From the NCBI RefSeq assembly GCF_006345805.1, contig NC_043001.1:43586001-43650000 (forward strand): DNA of 64,000 nucleotides. Direction: 5' to 3'. Under the pieces are notes generated by a model. That model saw only the letters and a program-made list of their open reading frames with translations, searched no databases and had not been told where the DNA came from. Positions 49,598 to 62,834 of this stretch are shown here, piece after piece (positions within the stretch are counted from its first letter, which is position 1; every line of letters starts with the position of its first letter). Source of the DNA: Octopus sinensis (Eukaryota). A program made the position numbers and the translations under genes.

Positions 49598-51950
49598 TTC
49601 CAAATATATTTTGGGTCCCAGTTTTTGAATTGTACATCCTGTTTTTTGCTTTTACTTTTTTTTTCATTTCTTTTTGTGCTAATATTTTTTCAGGACATAC
49701 ATGGCATGATACAATGATAATATCCAGTGTTTAGTAGTGGTGATGGGTGTTGCTATTGGTGGTGAGGGTGGGTTGTTTTAGCAACATATGGTTTTGTTGT
49801 TGCTGTTGCTGATGTTGTTGTTGTTGTTGTTGTTGTTGCTATATGAATGAAAGTATCACTTGTTTGTATAAAGCATGTGACTCGGGGTGTGTATGTGTGT
49901 GTGTGAGGGAAATGGTTAGAATAATACACCTCTCAACATCCTGGGTGAGGAATAGGGTGGAGATGAATTAATAAGTCCGATCTAATCAGAATGTGTGCAA
50001 AAGTATGGATAAGAGACACATCAATGACTGGGGTGGACAAGGGGTGCTGCTTGGTGGGTTATGGTGAACTAAAAGAAATAGAGAAATAGAGAAACTGCAA
50101 AGTGAAGGCTATCTGGAATAGATTTGCTGAAACTGTAAGATTTGAAACCTCACAGGGGAACAGTTAAGGGAATAGTCTGCTTTTTGTTTGGAGATTTTTT
50201 TTGTTTTATTTTTTGGTTTTGGTTTTGGTTTTAGGGATTGTTTTTTCTTTTTTCTTTTTTGTCTTTTCTCATATAGGGATTGAAAATGCAATTCTTGGAG
50301 TGAAAACTGAAACTATTGAGGATGGAGAAAAAACAAAAAAAAAAAAAACAAAACAAAATAAATAAAATGTGAAAATAGTATTTTCATTTTTCTCAGGAAA
50401 TGATATTGTCAGGATAAAAAGGAAATAACTTTGAATAAATAAGATAAAATTAAAATAAAATAAAAATAAAAATTTTAAAATGAGTTCCAAAGCAATACTA
50501 GATTCATGAGAAATAAGAGTCTACAACATCAACAACAACAACAACAACAAAAACAACAACAACTGTACTAAGAACAATATCAATAGCAACACCACCATTA
50601 CTATCACTCAACTTGCTAGAAATAACAGCCAAGTCTATCAAATCAAAATCTATTAAAAACATCAAGAACACATGGTATAAGGTTGTTCTAGATACTAAAA
50701 AAAGTGATGTGATTGTCACAGCTAAAATGCCATTAGCCATTGGTTTGCTAGATCAGGGTTGACCTGGAGCTAAAGAGCATCGCATGGCTACTGCTAACAA
50801 AAACAAAATCATTAGCACTGTCTTTGTGTGCATTCTCTTTATCAGGAACACTACACCATCACCACCACCACCACCACCACCACCACACCACCACCACCAC
50901 CACCACCACCACCACACTGTCACAGCCACCAAAAGCCTCTATTGCTATCAGTGCTATTTCATTCATCATAGGCACAGGAGTGGCTGTGTGGTAAGTAGCT
51001 TGCTAACCAACCACATGATTCCGGGTTCAGTCCCACTGCGTGGCATCTTGGGCAAGTGTCTTCTGCTATAGCCCCGGGCCGACCAATGCCTTGTGAGTGG
51101 ATTTGGTAGACGGAAACTGAAAGAAGCCTGTCGTATATATGTATATATATGTATATATGTGTATGTGTGTGTGTGTTTGTCCCCCTAGCATTGCTTGACA
51201 ACCGATGCTGGTGTGTTTACGTCCCCGTCACTTAGCGGTTCTGCAAAAGAGACCGATAGAATAAGTACTGGGCTTACAAAGAATAAGTCCCAGGGTCGAT
51301 TTGCTCGACTAAAGGCAGTGCTCCAGCATGGCCGCAGTAAAATGACTGAAACAAGTAAAAGAGTATATCAGAAAATACAAGGGAAAATGTTTTTAAATAA
51401 ATCAATCAAAACTTTACATTATTTCAATCTTCTTACAAGCAGTAAAGACCCCCTTTGGTCATGAACGTACATGGGATTGCACCTAGAAAGTTACCCTCCA
51501 AGGCACAATTCTGGGCAAGGTTGTTTTATGGATGACCAGCAGTTGCCCATGCATATCAGCCTCTCCCCTCCATGCCACCGATGTTGTCCAAAGGAAAGGT
51601 AATGGCCAATACAGCTTCGTGCCAGTGACATCACAACTCATTTCTACAGCCAAGTAAACTGGAGCAATGTGAAATAAAGTGTCTTGCTCAAGAACACAAC
51701 ACACAGCCTGGTCCAGGAATTGAACTCACTATCTCATGATTGTGAGCCCGACATGCATGCAAGAGAACATTTATGGGAAATTAATGTGGAATTTACAGCC
51801 TTGTACCCAGACTATGAATTCTCGTTTGTACCTATCATAATAGACACAATTAGGCTATGTACCAACAAATTTAACTTAAATCTATTTTGGAATGGTGGGC
51901 TACTGCATGATAGCTTCTATTGTGGCCCAAGAGATGTTGAACTCATCATC

Positions 51951-51981
<31 letters not shown>

Positions 51982-52703
51982 CCACCGCCATCATCATCAT
52001 CATATTAACCTGTACTTCTCCCGGTTTGCATGAATCAGATGGAGTGTATTGAAGCAGATTTTCTATAGCTGGATGCCTTTCTTGTTGCAAACCCTCACCT
52101 CTTTCTAAGTCAGGTAATTCTCCCCCAAGGCCAGCTATGTTCTTGAAGAATATTGGAAATGAATGACACTGCTTGTATGACTGTAACAATCATATTACAT
52201 CTGTCATGCAATGTCAAAACAAGGAGACATAAACATACACGCACTAACACACACACACATGCACCCCACCATATACAAGGTGCTTTCAAAAAGTACCTAA
52301 CTATATTTTCCTGTAAAACTAATGTTGCATGGGCAAAATCCTTTGAGTGGGAAGTGTTGTGACCCTTTCTGTGCATACATGAAAATTACTGCATGATAGA
52401 CTACTTCAGTTCCTGGCTGTTACACCTATAATACAGAGGTGTAGTGCACACTCGTCAGATATCCATTTCCACAAAGTGCATCAAACAGAAATATTGTCCT
52501 AGCAAAAGTGGCAAGCTGGCAGAAATGTTAGCACACCAGGCGAAATGCTTAGCAGTATTTCATCTGTCTTTATGCTCTGAGTTCAAATTCCGATAAATTA
52601 AGTACCAGTTGCATACTGTGGTTGATCTAAACCACTAACCCACCACCCTCCCCTAAAATTTCGAGCCTTGTGCCTAGAGTAGAAAAGGATATTATCCTAG
52701 CAA

Positions 52704-52934
52704 TAGGGTTAGAGTTTGGGTTAGGGTCAGGGTTAGTATTAGGGTCAGGGTTAGGACAAGAGTAAGCGTAAGGATTAGGGTTAGGAATAGTGCTAGGGTT
52801 ATGTGTTATGTGCCAAAACACAACCCTAAACCCTAACCTAGAAAGCTAGCCCTAAACCCCAAACTCTAAATGCTGAACCTTTATGCTAACCATAGCCCTA
52901 ACTCTAATGCAAACCCTAACTGATCCCAACCCTC
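52704..52934. repeat. Degenerate telomere-like repeats in head-to-head orientation (TTAGGG-like then CCCTAA-like)
   Basis: G-rich tagggttagag...ggttagggtcagggttag...tagggtta at 52704-52802, then aaccctaaaccctaacc...gccctaactc...aaaccctaac at 52822-52934. Confidence 0.85.
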
Positions 52935-52966
52935 ACGTGGTTGCAAAAGGAGCTTCAAGATTATAA

Positions 52967-55438
52967 ATTTTTATATCCTTGTACTGGATATGTAATATAA
53001 CAAAGCAGGGGGAAAGAAAGTATATACACAACACACTACTATTACTATTACATGATACTCAACACTCTGTATTGAATGCTCTCACTGAACTGCTTGCCAA
53101 CACGAACTGCCAATCACTCACAGTTCTTCATTTTATAGTAATGAGTCAGTCCACCTTTTAGCTACGGGGATGAAATCCTTCCACAACATCTCTTTCTGGA
53201 ATAATTCTCCCCTAGATTCTCCTCTTTTGAGAATTGAACTCCACTCTGAGTTTTAATAGCTCTTACATTTAGGATTCAATTCCAGTGTTTCCATTATTTT
53301 CCCGTTTTCTGGTGGAACATGTAGTTTCAAATTGTTTGGGTGTTGGTACCTTAAACATGTCATACAATACTCTCAAAGGGATTTCATTTCTTGTATTTGT
53401 TTTTTTCCGTGACTCTTGTTTTTAGTTGGTTAATATGTCTTTTGTATTCAACATTTTTTCCCCTTTTACCAGGAATATCATTCTTCCACTTTGTTTAATT
53501 ATTACACCATTATCCCAGCTTCCTTTACCATATCTAAAGGTTTTAAAAAACTTTGTCACCTAACTTGAAGAATTTTGAAGTATATTTGTTGTTCACCTTT
53601 TTTCACTATTTTCACTCGGTATCAGGGTGTCCGGTCAATTCATCGACAGCAATTTGTCGTCGTTTAATTTCCTTAATGTTGGTGCTGCCCATTTAGAATA
53701 TTCCACTTTTTGGATCATTCCAATTTTTTCTAGTCTCTCTAAGTTTATCTGTTTTAATGCTGTGAATGGTATTGTTTGTTTTTGTTTAAATGTCGGTATG
53801 ATGTTTCTTGTATTTGAACCCATGCCTTCATTTTGGTATATAGACCTAATTCACTGGACAGTACCCCAGGAAAAATATTAAAAATATTTTTTCTTAATTC
53901 GTCTGACAACTTATTTGTCCCTGAGGCAAAACTATTTACGTTTTTACAGAATTTATGGAGAGATCCCATAAATTAAAGAATTCCATCCAATCAGTACCAC
54001 ACAAGTTTGTTGTATTATTTGACACAAAAACTTTAACCTTTAAAGATTTTTCCTGAAATATTTTTTTCCTGAAACACCACTGGCAGTTTTTGAGGTTTCA
54101 TTTAATTTATGCCCTCCAATCTTTTTCTATGTATCTGTGTTAATTATTGAGATGTCACTGCCTGTATCCAATTGTAACTTTACATTTGTGTTATCAAATT
54201 TTACATACACATTTTCTTTGAGGCTCGTTCATATTTTTTGTCACCGATAATCTGTTTATGTGATTTTTTTTCTGTTGAACCACTTTTTAGGTTCTGTCCT
54301 ACAGTGCGACCTTTTATGGCATATTTTACCACATTTCAAGCATTTTATATTTTTAAACAGACAGTTATTTCTAAAATGTAAACCACTGCACCCATAACAT
54401 GGATTCGGTCTTGACATATTTTTGTCTATTTTCTTATTCATTACCGGTCAACTTACTTGAATCTGAGAACAATCTTTCACTTCAATTTTATTTGCGTCAT
54501 GTTGTAGATTACTAATTCTCTAGCATTCTTTTGCTACTACCTGTACAGTTAAATTTTGGTCCTATTCTAATTTCGTTGATATCTGGGAATGTATATCTGC
54601 ATCTTTGCTTGCAGTAAGGCCTTGAACAAAAATTAAAGACTTGAACATGTCCATGGTCAACTCATTCAATTTGAATTTCTCACACTCTCTGTTAACCACT
54701 TTGGCATTAGTGACTAAATCTTCATCTTTTTTTTATCAAATTTAAACATTGCCAGTGAGTATTGAACAGGGAACTTCTTTTGCTGAAAATTTTCAATAAA
54801 ATATTGTTTCATCAAATCAAATTTCACCTGGCTTCTTAGGCTGAATATAATTACTATATTTTTCATGTTTGGCAGGGAATAACTTTTTTAAAAGTAGTTG
54901 TACTTTTTTCTCATCGGGCCAACTTTTACACTCTTCTTTGAAGATTTCCTAATATTTACCAAAACATGCAGAATGCAGAGAAGGTAATACCTTCTGGGTT
55001 GTATTGGAATTCTTCAATTGAGTTTGCTATGCTATCTGGCGAGTATGAATCTGAAGTATTTTCAGACTTCTTGAACATTAATTCCATCAACTGTTGGTCT
55101 TGTTGGAGTTCCTGTTACTGCTGCTGCTGTTGCTGTTGCAACTGCATCAAGGAGGCCAATAAATTCTCCATGTTAAAACGAGTTTTTCTTTGGTTTCTTA
55201 AAAAAAAATTTTTTTAAACATCCAATGCCATCTTCGAACAATTCATCACCACTTTTATATCCTCGTATTGGATATATAATAAAACAAAGCAAGTAGAAGA
55301 AAGTATATACACGAAGCACTACTATTACTATTACTACTATTACTATATCAAAGGTTCACAGTGAACTGCTTACCAACTCGCTCACAGTTCTTTACTATAT
55401 AATAATGAGTCAGTCCACCTTTTAGTCCTTCCACAACA
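52967..55438 (-). mobile_element. Internally deleted Ty3/Gypsy element with two LTRs
   Basis: LTRs at ~52967-53188 and ~55253-55438 both end ccttccacaaca (TG start on minus). PBS-like gtggtgatgaa. Gag/pro and RT start (KVEYSKWAAPT) homologous to 30506-32920. Most of RT-RH-IN is missing. Confidence 0.88.
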
Positions 55439-56261
55439 TACATAATTCCAGAAAAAAAAAAAAAAACACCATGTTTGTGGCCGTTCCTTTGTCCACAAGT
55501 TTTTTGTCCTTTGTATGTTTCTGATCAGCTTGGGGGACATTTAATGACTACAGATGGTTACCATTAGCAGATATCTTTCATCAGAGAGTTATTTAGTACC
55601 TTTCCAAAGTAAACTTGTCATGTATTTTTTTGTCTATTTCATTTTATGATTAGCTTAGTTTTTATTATGCTATCGTTTGACTCCAGGGAATACTAAGTTT
55701 CAATATAAAGATCCCATTTATTTCCTGTTCTTCTAGAAAGAAACCCTATTATCAGTAAGTCTTTCTCAAATATCTTTTCAGAATAGTTTATCACATTCAG
55801 TGTAAGCCATACTTTCTCTAGTCTAACCTAATTTCACTGTTGTGAAATGAAAATATGATTTTGTACATCTGAATATGATTAAGATATTTTTTTTTTATAT
55901 ATCTCATTTGGTTTGTCAAGGATAATTTTTGTAGTGATGATAGAAGGGTTAATGAAGTCATCTCTTGTGTATAATTAGTACTCATTTTATTGGCTTTAGA
56001 TAGTAAAGAAAGAAAAAATGGTATAGTCAATCCTCTGACTGCTGGGAATCAGAATGTAAGGAGATGAAATTAAATACTGTATAATATTTATTTTAGGATT
56101 AATGATTCTGATGTGAAGAAAGAAAAAAAGGTAATGCAAGTGAACAACAGGAAGAATTTTGTGCATCACAATTTGGTGTTAAATGTTTTCCAGAGTGAAG
56201 CTCTTACACATCACAATGATGGGAGTAAGCGAGTTATTTGGACAATGAACTACTACTACTG

Positions 56262-56315
<54 letters not shown>

Positions 56316-56499
56316 TTACCACTGCAGGCACCACCACAGCAAGCACTGCACTGCCACCACCATTGTAACATAACAGTAGTAGAGGTAGATCTCAGAAGTA
56401 TTGAGAATATGTAGAAAGGATCTGAGAATTATGGGTGTCACCAATGGGCAGAACAAGACTGATGAAAAGAAAGGTACTGATTATAGATTTGTATGATAC

Positions 56500-56737
56500 A
56501 TATCAGCATAGAAAAATGGATGTTTAAACCGGCTGTATCCGGCCCAAATATTCTACACATTTTAAGCTCAAACTGGCCAGAACATGCATCTCACACCTAC
56601 CCTGCAATGTCACTCCAAAAATAAGCAATTACATCTTTCCTATCTTGAAGGTACAAAATAATATCAGATAAATTTTTTTAAATGTGAATAAATAAGGATT
56701 ACTTTTGACAAATTAATCTGAACGCTAAAGGGTTAAA
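56500..56737. mobile_element. piggyBac-like MITE (left end degenerate)
   Basis: Right end aatctgaacgctaaaggg-TTAA. A related left end ttaaccctctagtgtttaaactggcc occurs at ~38069. Confidence 0.5.
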
Positions 56738-56889
56738 TGATAATTTGATGAGGATCGCCTTAAGCAGATGAGAAACAAATAGGCTTCTAGATGGCCCCCT
56801 CAGATTCTTGTAGTAACTTTTGCTTTAGACAGAAGTTTACTGTTTGGCAAGAAAATGTAATACATGTCAATAAAGAAGCCTCTATGAGG

Positions 56890-57210
56890 TGCTCTCAACC
56901 ATTTTTTATCTATGGATCTTTTTGATTACTATTTTACTCTGGTTGACCCCCATAACCAGTCGATGATCAAAAACTATTTTTATAGATACTTCTTTCAAAA
57001 TTCCTATTTTGTTTTTTGTATATTAACTTGTGTAGGTTGAACTACATAAAATGTTAGAGAAAGAAACCTAGCTGTTTCTTACAACACGTATCAATACACA
57101 CATCTAAAGCAAAATGTTTTCAGGGGGCCTTAAAATATTATTGTGGATCCCCAATTTATAATTTTATTACCCCAAAATCATATATGGACCCTAGTTGGGA
57201 ATCACTGCTC
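56890..57210. mobile_element. hAT-like MITE
   Basis: Degenerate TIRs gtgctctcaacc ... gttgggaatcactg (CAGTGGTTCTCAAC type). Confidence 0.45.
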
Positions 57211-57384
57211 TATATGATCATTCAGCTTGGACATCTTGGACAGGGAGTCATTAGATCATGTTGTCTGACATACCTTTATGAAGATTGGTTGGCCATTACT
57301 GGAATGCTTTAATTGTAGATCTCTTCAATTAGGAATAATACATTTCTAAATATCTCAGAAAGATACATGAAATAGTGGTACGAT

Positions 57385-57788
57385 AGAGTAGTTGTATACT
57401 GTCAACTTAATGTGACAGTCCCATGAAGGGAATCACACCACTGCTATTTAGCCCTAGGAAGCAGCAACGCTCCCTGTCAGCCATGACACAAATTTTTGTA
57501 ATCAGTGGATTTATTTCACTAGAATTCTTATATGTTTACAAAGGCTAGACAGGCATCTCCAACTAGCAGGCCATGCTACTCCAGACTGATGATGAGCAAA
57601 GACTCAGAAACTAGTCTCTGGATGCAGGCTTAGCTGGGTGGAGGTGTTTATCTCCCCCTTGTAAACATAAGGACACAGGAAATGTGTCAAGGCCGACAGG
57701 AAGCGTTGCTGCTTTCTAGGGCTAAATAGCAGTAGTGTGATTCCCTTCATGGGACTGTCACATTAAGCTGACAGTATACAACTACTCT
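57385..57788. repeat. Inverted repeat, ~105-bp arms, ~190-bp spacer
   Basis: agagtagttgtatactgtca...tgacaca (57385-57490) vs tgtgtca...tatacaactactct (57683-57788), with several mismatches. Confidence 0.9.
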
Positions 57789-58229
57789 TCAATTAGGGTT
57801 AACCTGAAATTAAATAATCACACCAGCAACAAAAGCATCATCATCAGCAGCAGCAACTGTGTTTCTAGTGCTTATGGTGGTGAATTATGCCATCTTGCAT
57901 CATCTACTTGTTGCTAGGCAGCCTGGACCTTTAGGAGTTAAGTGGTTTGGCAATGGCAACAGGTTACACCAACCACTAGTCTCTTAGATGGGTTGTCTTG
58001 TGGCCTTTCAACTCAGTCTACATGCTCATTATTATCTTCAAATGAAATAAAGATGTTAACAGACATCCACACCCATAATTAAATAGTTTCAAAGTTGTTT
58101 CAAGATCAGGAAACTATGTGTTCTAGTCAAGTCACCACCGTTTTTTTTTAATATATATTTCTCTTAAGTAACTGAGTCAAAGGAAATTACTAGTCCAGGG
58201 TTACTGTGTGTATGTATAAATATACATGT

Positions 58230-58265
<36 letters not shown>

Positions 58266-58489
58266 GTATATTTACATACATGTATACACACACACACACA
58301 CACACACATACATGCATACATATATATATATATATCTTTCAAATTTGTCTATGGGAAACATTTTGAATATGCAAATAAAATGCCTATTCCATCATTATGC
58401 CAGTCACAGTCTAATGATGATGACTGGTGAACCAGCTTTTGGGGGTTGCATCAAGTTGTACTGATATAATGTAGGATAAATATAATAAT

Positions 58490-58940
58490 AAAAATACTAA
58501 TCTTTGTATGGAATATATAAACATTTAATGCATCGCAACACACGATCCCACAAATTACATGTCTTTTAAGACCATAGTCCATATTCTGGGGATGATTACA
58601 GTGTAGTCTGTGGGCATCAGGTTGATTGTCTTCATGGATTCATTTCTTCTGGCAATATAACATTAATGGATGTACAACAAAAGGATGCTTATCCATTTTG
58701 ACTGGTATGAAGGTTGACAGAGTAAAAAGGGATAAGAATCCCTCTGTTGTACATCTATTAATGTTATATCGACTGAAGAAATGAATCCATGAAGATGATC
58801 AACCCTGATGCCCATGGATACTATGGATTACACTGTAATCATCCCTGGAATATGGACTATGGTCTTAAGAGACATGTGACTTGTTGAAATGTGCATAGAG
58901 ATGCATTAAATGTTTATAATTTCCATCCAAGGATTATTGT
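58490..58940. mobile_element. Fold-back/MITE-like element, ~200-bp imperfect arms (long copy)
   Basis: Arm pairs such as catagtccatattc/gaatatggactatg, catggattcatttcttc/gaagaaatgaatccatg and atataacattaatggatgtacaac/gttgtacatctattaatgttatat, with a short central loop near 58700-58725. Family shared with 20553-20835. Confidence 0.85.
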
Positions 58941-59187
58941 TATTATATATGTATATATATAGGTGCAGGCATGGCTGTGTGGTAAGACATTTCCCGCTGT
59001 GTTGGCACCTTGGGCAAGTGTCTTCTACTATAGCATCGCACTGAAAGCCTTGTGATTTGGTAGGCAGAAACTGGATGTAGCCCATCATATATATATATAT
59101 ATATATAATAATAAATATTAGGGAATAAATCCAAATTTACAGGGAAAAATGAGATTTAGGATTGAATCCAATTTTATAGTAAAATAT

Positions 59188-59424
59188 TATATTATATTAA
59201 ATTAGAGACAAAACCACTATTATGCAAATCAAACAAAGAAAGACTTAAGCCAATACATAAAATAATTTATATAAATTAAATTTAATTAAATTAAATTTAA
59301 TTAAAATTTTGACTGGTATGAATTAATTAAATTTAATTTATATAAATTATTTTATGTATTGGCTTAAGTCTTTCTTTGTTTGATTTGCATAATAGTGGTT
59401 TTGTCTCTAATTTAATATAATATA
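59188..59424. repeat. Inverted duplication, ~102-bp arms, 33-nt spacer
   Basis: 59188-59289 vs 59323-59424 appear exact reverse complements (attagagacaaaaccactattatgcaaatc / gatttgcataatagtggttttgtctctaat). Confidence 0.92.
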
Positions 59425-59639
59425 TATATATATATATGTATATGTATCTGTGTGTGTGTCATTGTTTATTGTGTCTGTATTTGTCCCCTCATCACCACTT
59501 GACAACTGGTATTGGTGTGTTTATGTCAACATAACTTAGTGGTTCAGCAAAAAGACTGGTAGAATAAGTACTAGACTTTAAAAAAATAAGTCTTGGGGTT
59601 GATTTGTTTGGCTAAAACCCTTCAAGGCAGGACTCCTGC

Positions 59640-61632
59640 ATCCCCCAACCTAACACGTCCACATTTCTTTGTCTGGCCGAACTTGTTCTCTCCTTCAACG
59701 GCTTCTTGTTCATGGGGGAGTTTTACCAACAGGTCTTGAGAGTGGCCATGAAAACGAGAATGGGCCCCAACTATGCGAACCTGTTCGTTGGCTATGTTGA
59801 GGCCCAAATATTTTCAAGATTCATTGGTCCCACTTCTGAAATTTACAGTTGTTATATTGATGACTGTATCGGTGTGACCTCACTCTCCTGTGAGCAACTA
59901 GACTCCTTCCTCTCTTTTGTCCAGTCCTTCCATCCTGCCCTCAAATTCTCCTGCACCGTTTCTAACACTTATGTCGCCTTTCTTGACATTTCAGTTAACA
60001 TGTACAACTCCACTCTCATTACCTCCATCCACTACAAACACACCGACTCACAGTCATACCTCAACTTCTCCTCCTCCCACTCTACCCACACCAAGCTCTC
60101 CATCCCCTACTCCCATTTTCTCCATCTGCGCAGGCTCTGCAGTGACGACCATGATTTTGCGACTCAGTCTCAACTCATAGCTTGCCATTTCATCCTTTGT
60201 GGTTATGCCCTCGCCACTATCCACACCACTCTCTGTGCCTCTGCTCTCTCTCTTCACACCTGCCCCACCGTTACCGTCTCCTGTTTCCTCTCACCTACCA
60301 CCACCACCCTGCCCTTCCAATGCAACATTCTCTGAGCCTTCTGACAACTCCAGTCTGACCTCTCCACTTCGCACATCTTCCCCAACCTACTCCTCCCCTC
60401 CTTCAAATGAGCCCACAACCTACATGGCCTCCTGGTCCACAGTTTCTTCCCTAACCCCACCTCCAAACCTGGCTCATTCCCCTGCTCCTGCCAACACTGC
60501 CACACTTGCCCCTACCTCTCCAACACCACCATTCTCACAGGCACCCATCACCATCGCTATCATATCACTGACTCTTTTACCTGCACTTCTAGCAATGTCA
60601 TTCACTGCATCTCCTGCTCTTTCTGTCCTTCTCTGTACATCAGTCAAATGGGACATTGCTTGGCTGACTGGTTCGCGGAGCACCTCCGAGACATTAGACA
60701 CAGCAACAACACCCCAGTCTTGCGCTATTTCTGCTCTACTGGTCATTCATTACAACACCTGTCTGTGTTTGGATTGTCTTTGCATAGGGACCATCCAGAC
60801 TTCTGCCTTTGCTGTGAACAGGAATTAATCTTCTCTCTTTGCTTCTTTGCTCTTCATGGACTTAACTCGCCTCCCCTTCTCTTCTCTCTTCATCTCACAC
60901 CTACCCACCTCTCCTCTCCTCTCTTGCCCTGACACCTACTGCCTCTCTTCATTCTTACCCACCTTTTCCCTTCATCGATACCCCCTCCATCCACACTCCA
61001 CTCGTACACATCCCACTCCCACATACCCCACCCTTACCCCAACATCCTTACTCTAAACCCACACCTCACCCTCACATTGCCACACCCCAACACTGCCACA
61101 CCACTCCACACAACCACACCACATCATGCCACACACCACCCCATACACACTAGCACTGACCACTTCCCAGCACCCACACCATCATCCACACACCCACACC
61201 ATCATCCACACACCCACACCATCATCCACACACCCACACCATCATCCACACACCCACACCATCATCCACACACCCACACATTACAGATGCACATATCCAC
61301 ACATCACAGATGCACATATTCACATGCCAAAGTCACCAGCCCTTATCCACATGTACACACTTACACACTTTCACATACACATGCGCATGCACCTTCATTT
61401 TGGGATCACCAATATTTTATTATTTTTCCTTCTTCCTAGCTCTCCTGTCTAACTACCTTCGTTCAATCAGCTGCCACGATTGACCACTAGCTCCAAAAGT
61501 TTTTTTATTCTGTTGAAGAGCATAGGCTTGAAATGTAAAAGACTTTGTCACCTTCCCGAGCATTAAACTAATACACCTGTTTGCTGTTTATACACCTGTC
61601 TTTATCTTTTGTTTTTCTGTAAGTTTCAACTA
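59640..61632 (+). mobile_element. Penelope-like element (RT + GIY-YIG, C-rich 3' region, tail), 5'-truncated and decayed
   Basis: MKTRMGPNYANLFVG, YIDDCIG, VAFLDISV, KHTDSQSYL and PYSHFLHLRRLCS. GIY-YIG-type SNVIHCISC...LADWFAEHLRDIR. Tail at 61480-61632. Confidence 0.88.
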
Positions 61633-61843
61633 TATATATATATATATCATCATCATCATCATTTAATGTCTGTTTTCCATACTGGCATGGGTTGGATGGT
61701 TTGACTGAAAACTGGTAAGCCAGGGAGCTGCACCAGGTTCTGATCTGATTTGGCAAGGTTTCTTCAGCTGGATGCCCTTCCTAATGCCGACCACTCCAAG
61801 AGTGTAGTGGGTGTTTTTTACATACTGCTGACCTGACACACAT

Positions 61844-61914
<71 letters not shown>

Positions 61915-62789
61915 TATATATATATATACCAGAGCATGTGTATGTATAAATATGTATGTCTGGTTTAGTAAACAATTTCAAAAGTGTTATACTGTACTAC
62001 AGAATATATTTGTAAATCTGAACCAACAGTGTTTGTAACAGACAAATATAAATTCTTGTTTTGAGGACAGAATAAGAGGGCTCAGCAAAATTAGTTTCAA
62101 TCCTGTGTTAGTATTTCATTAGAGATTGGATATCCTCTTTAACAGTCAACAAAGGCACTGCTCAATCCACTGTTACTAGGAGCTCAACGTCATACCCAAC
62201 ATCGCACCTGGTCCAACATCACCAGGTTTTATGATACAAATTCTCTGTTTTATATTTATCATAATGAAACCTTTCTGCCAAAATTCAACTGAGGGTTACA
62301 GGAGATGAAAGTGAACTCCTTCACCATACACTTATGCCTACACCTTCTTCACTATGCAGTCATCATTTTAAATTTACACATACACATACAGGTGTGGTGT
62401 GTGTTTATATATGTGGGTGTAAATATGATGTGTGTATGTGTATATACATATGTGCATGTATACGTATGTGTATGTATGAGTATATGTGTTATCATCATCA
62501 GCATCATCATCGTTTAATTTCTGCTTTTCATGTTGGCATGTGTTGGATGGTTTGACTGAGAACTGGCAAGCCAGGAAGCTGCACAAAGCTCTAATCGGAT
62601 CTGTCAAGATTTCTACAGCTGGATGCCCTTCCTAATGCCAACCACCCCGAGAGTGTAGTGTGTGCATTTTACATGCCACCAACACAGGAACCAGTCAGGC
62701 AGCACTATGTATACACACACACACACATACACACGTATATATGTATATATTATACATGTGTGTGTGTGTTTGTGTGTATATATATGTGT

Positions 62790-62834
<45 letters not shown>

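Noticed and set aside
52704-52934. True chromosome end or functional telomere
   Set aside because: Short, highly degenerate and internal, with ordinary sequence on both sides.
59917-61452. Ser/Pro/Thr/His-rich ORFs (e.g. 60199-60828, 61077-61439) as genes
   Set aside because: Alternative frames of the C-rich Penelope-like element and its tandem catcatccacacacccacac repeats.
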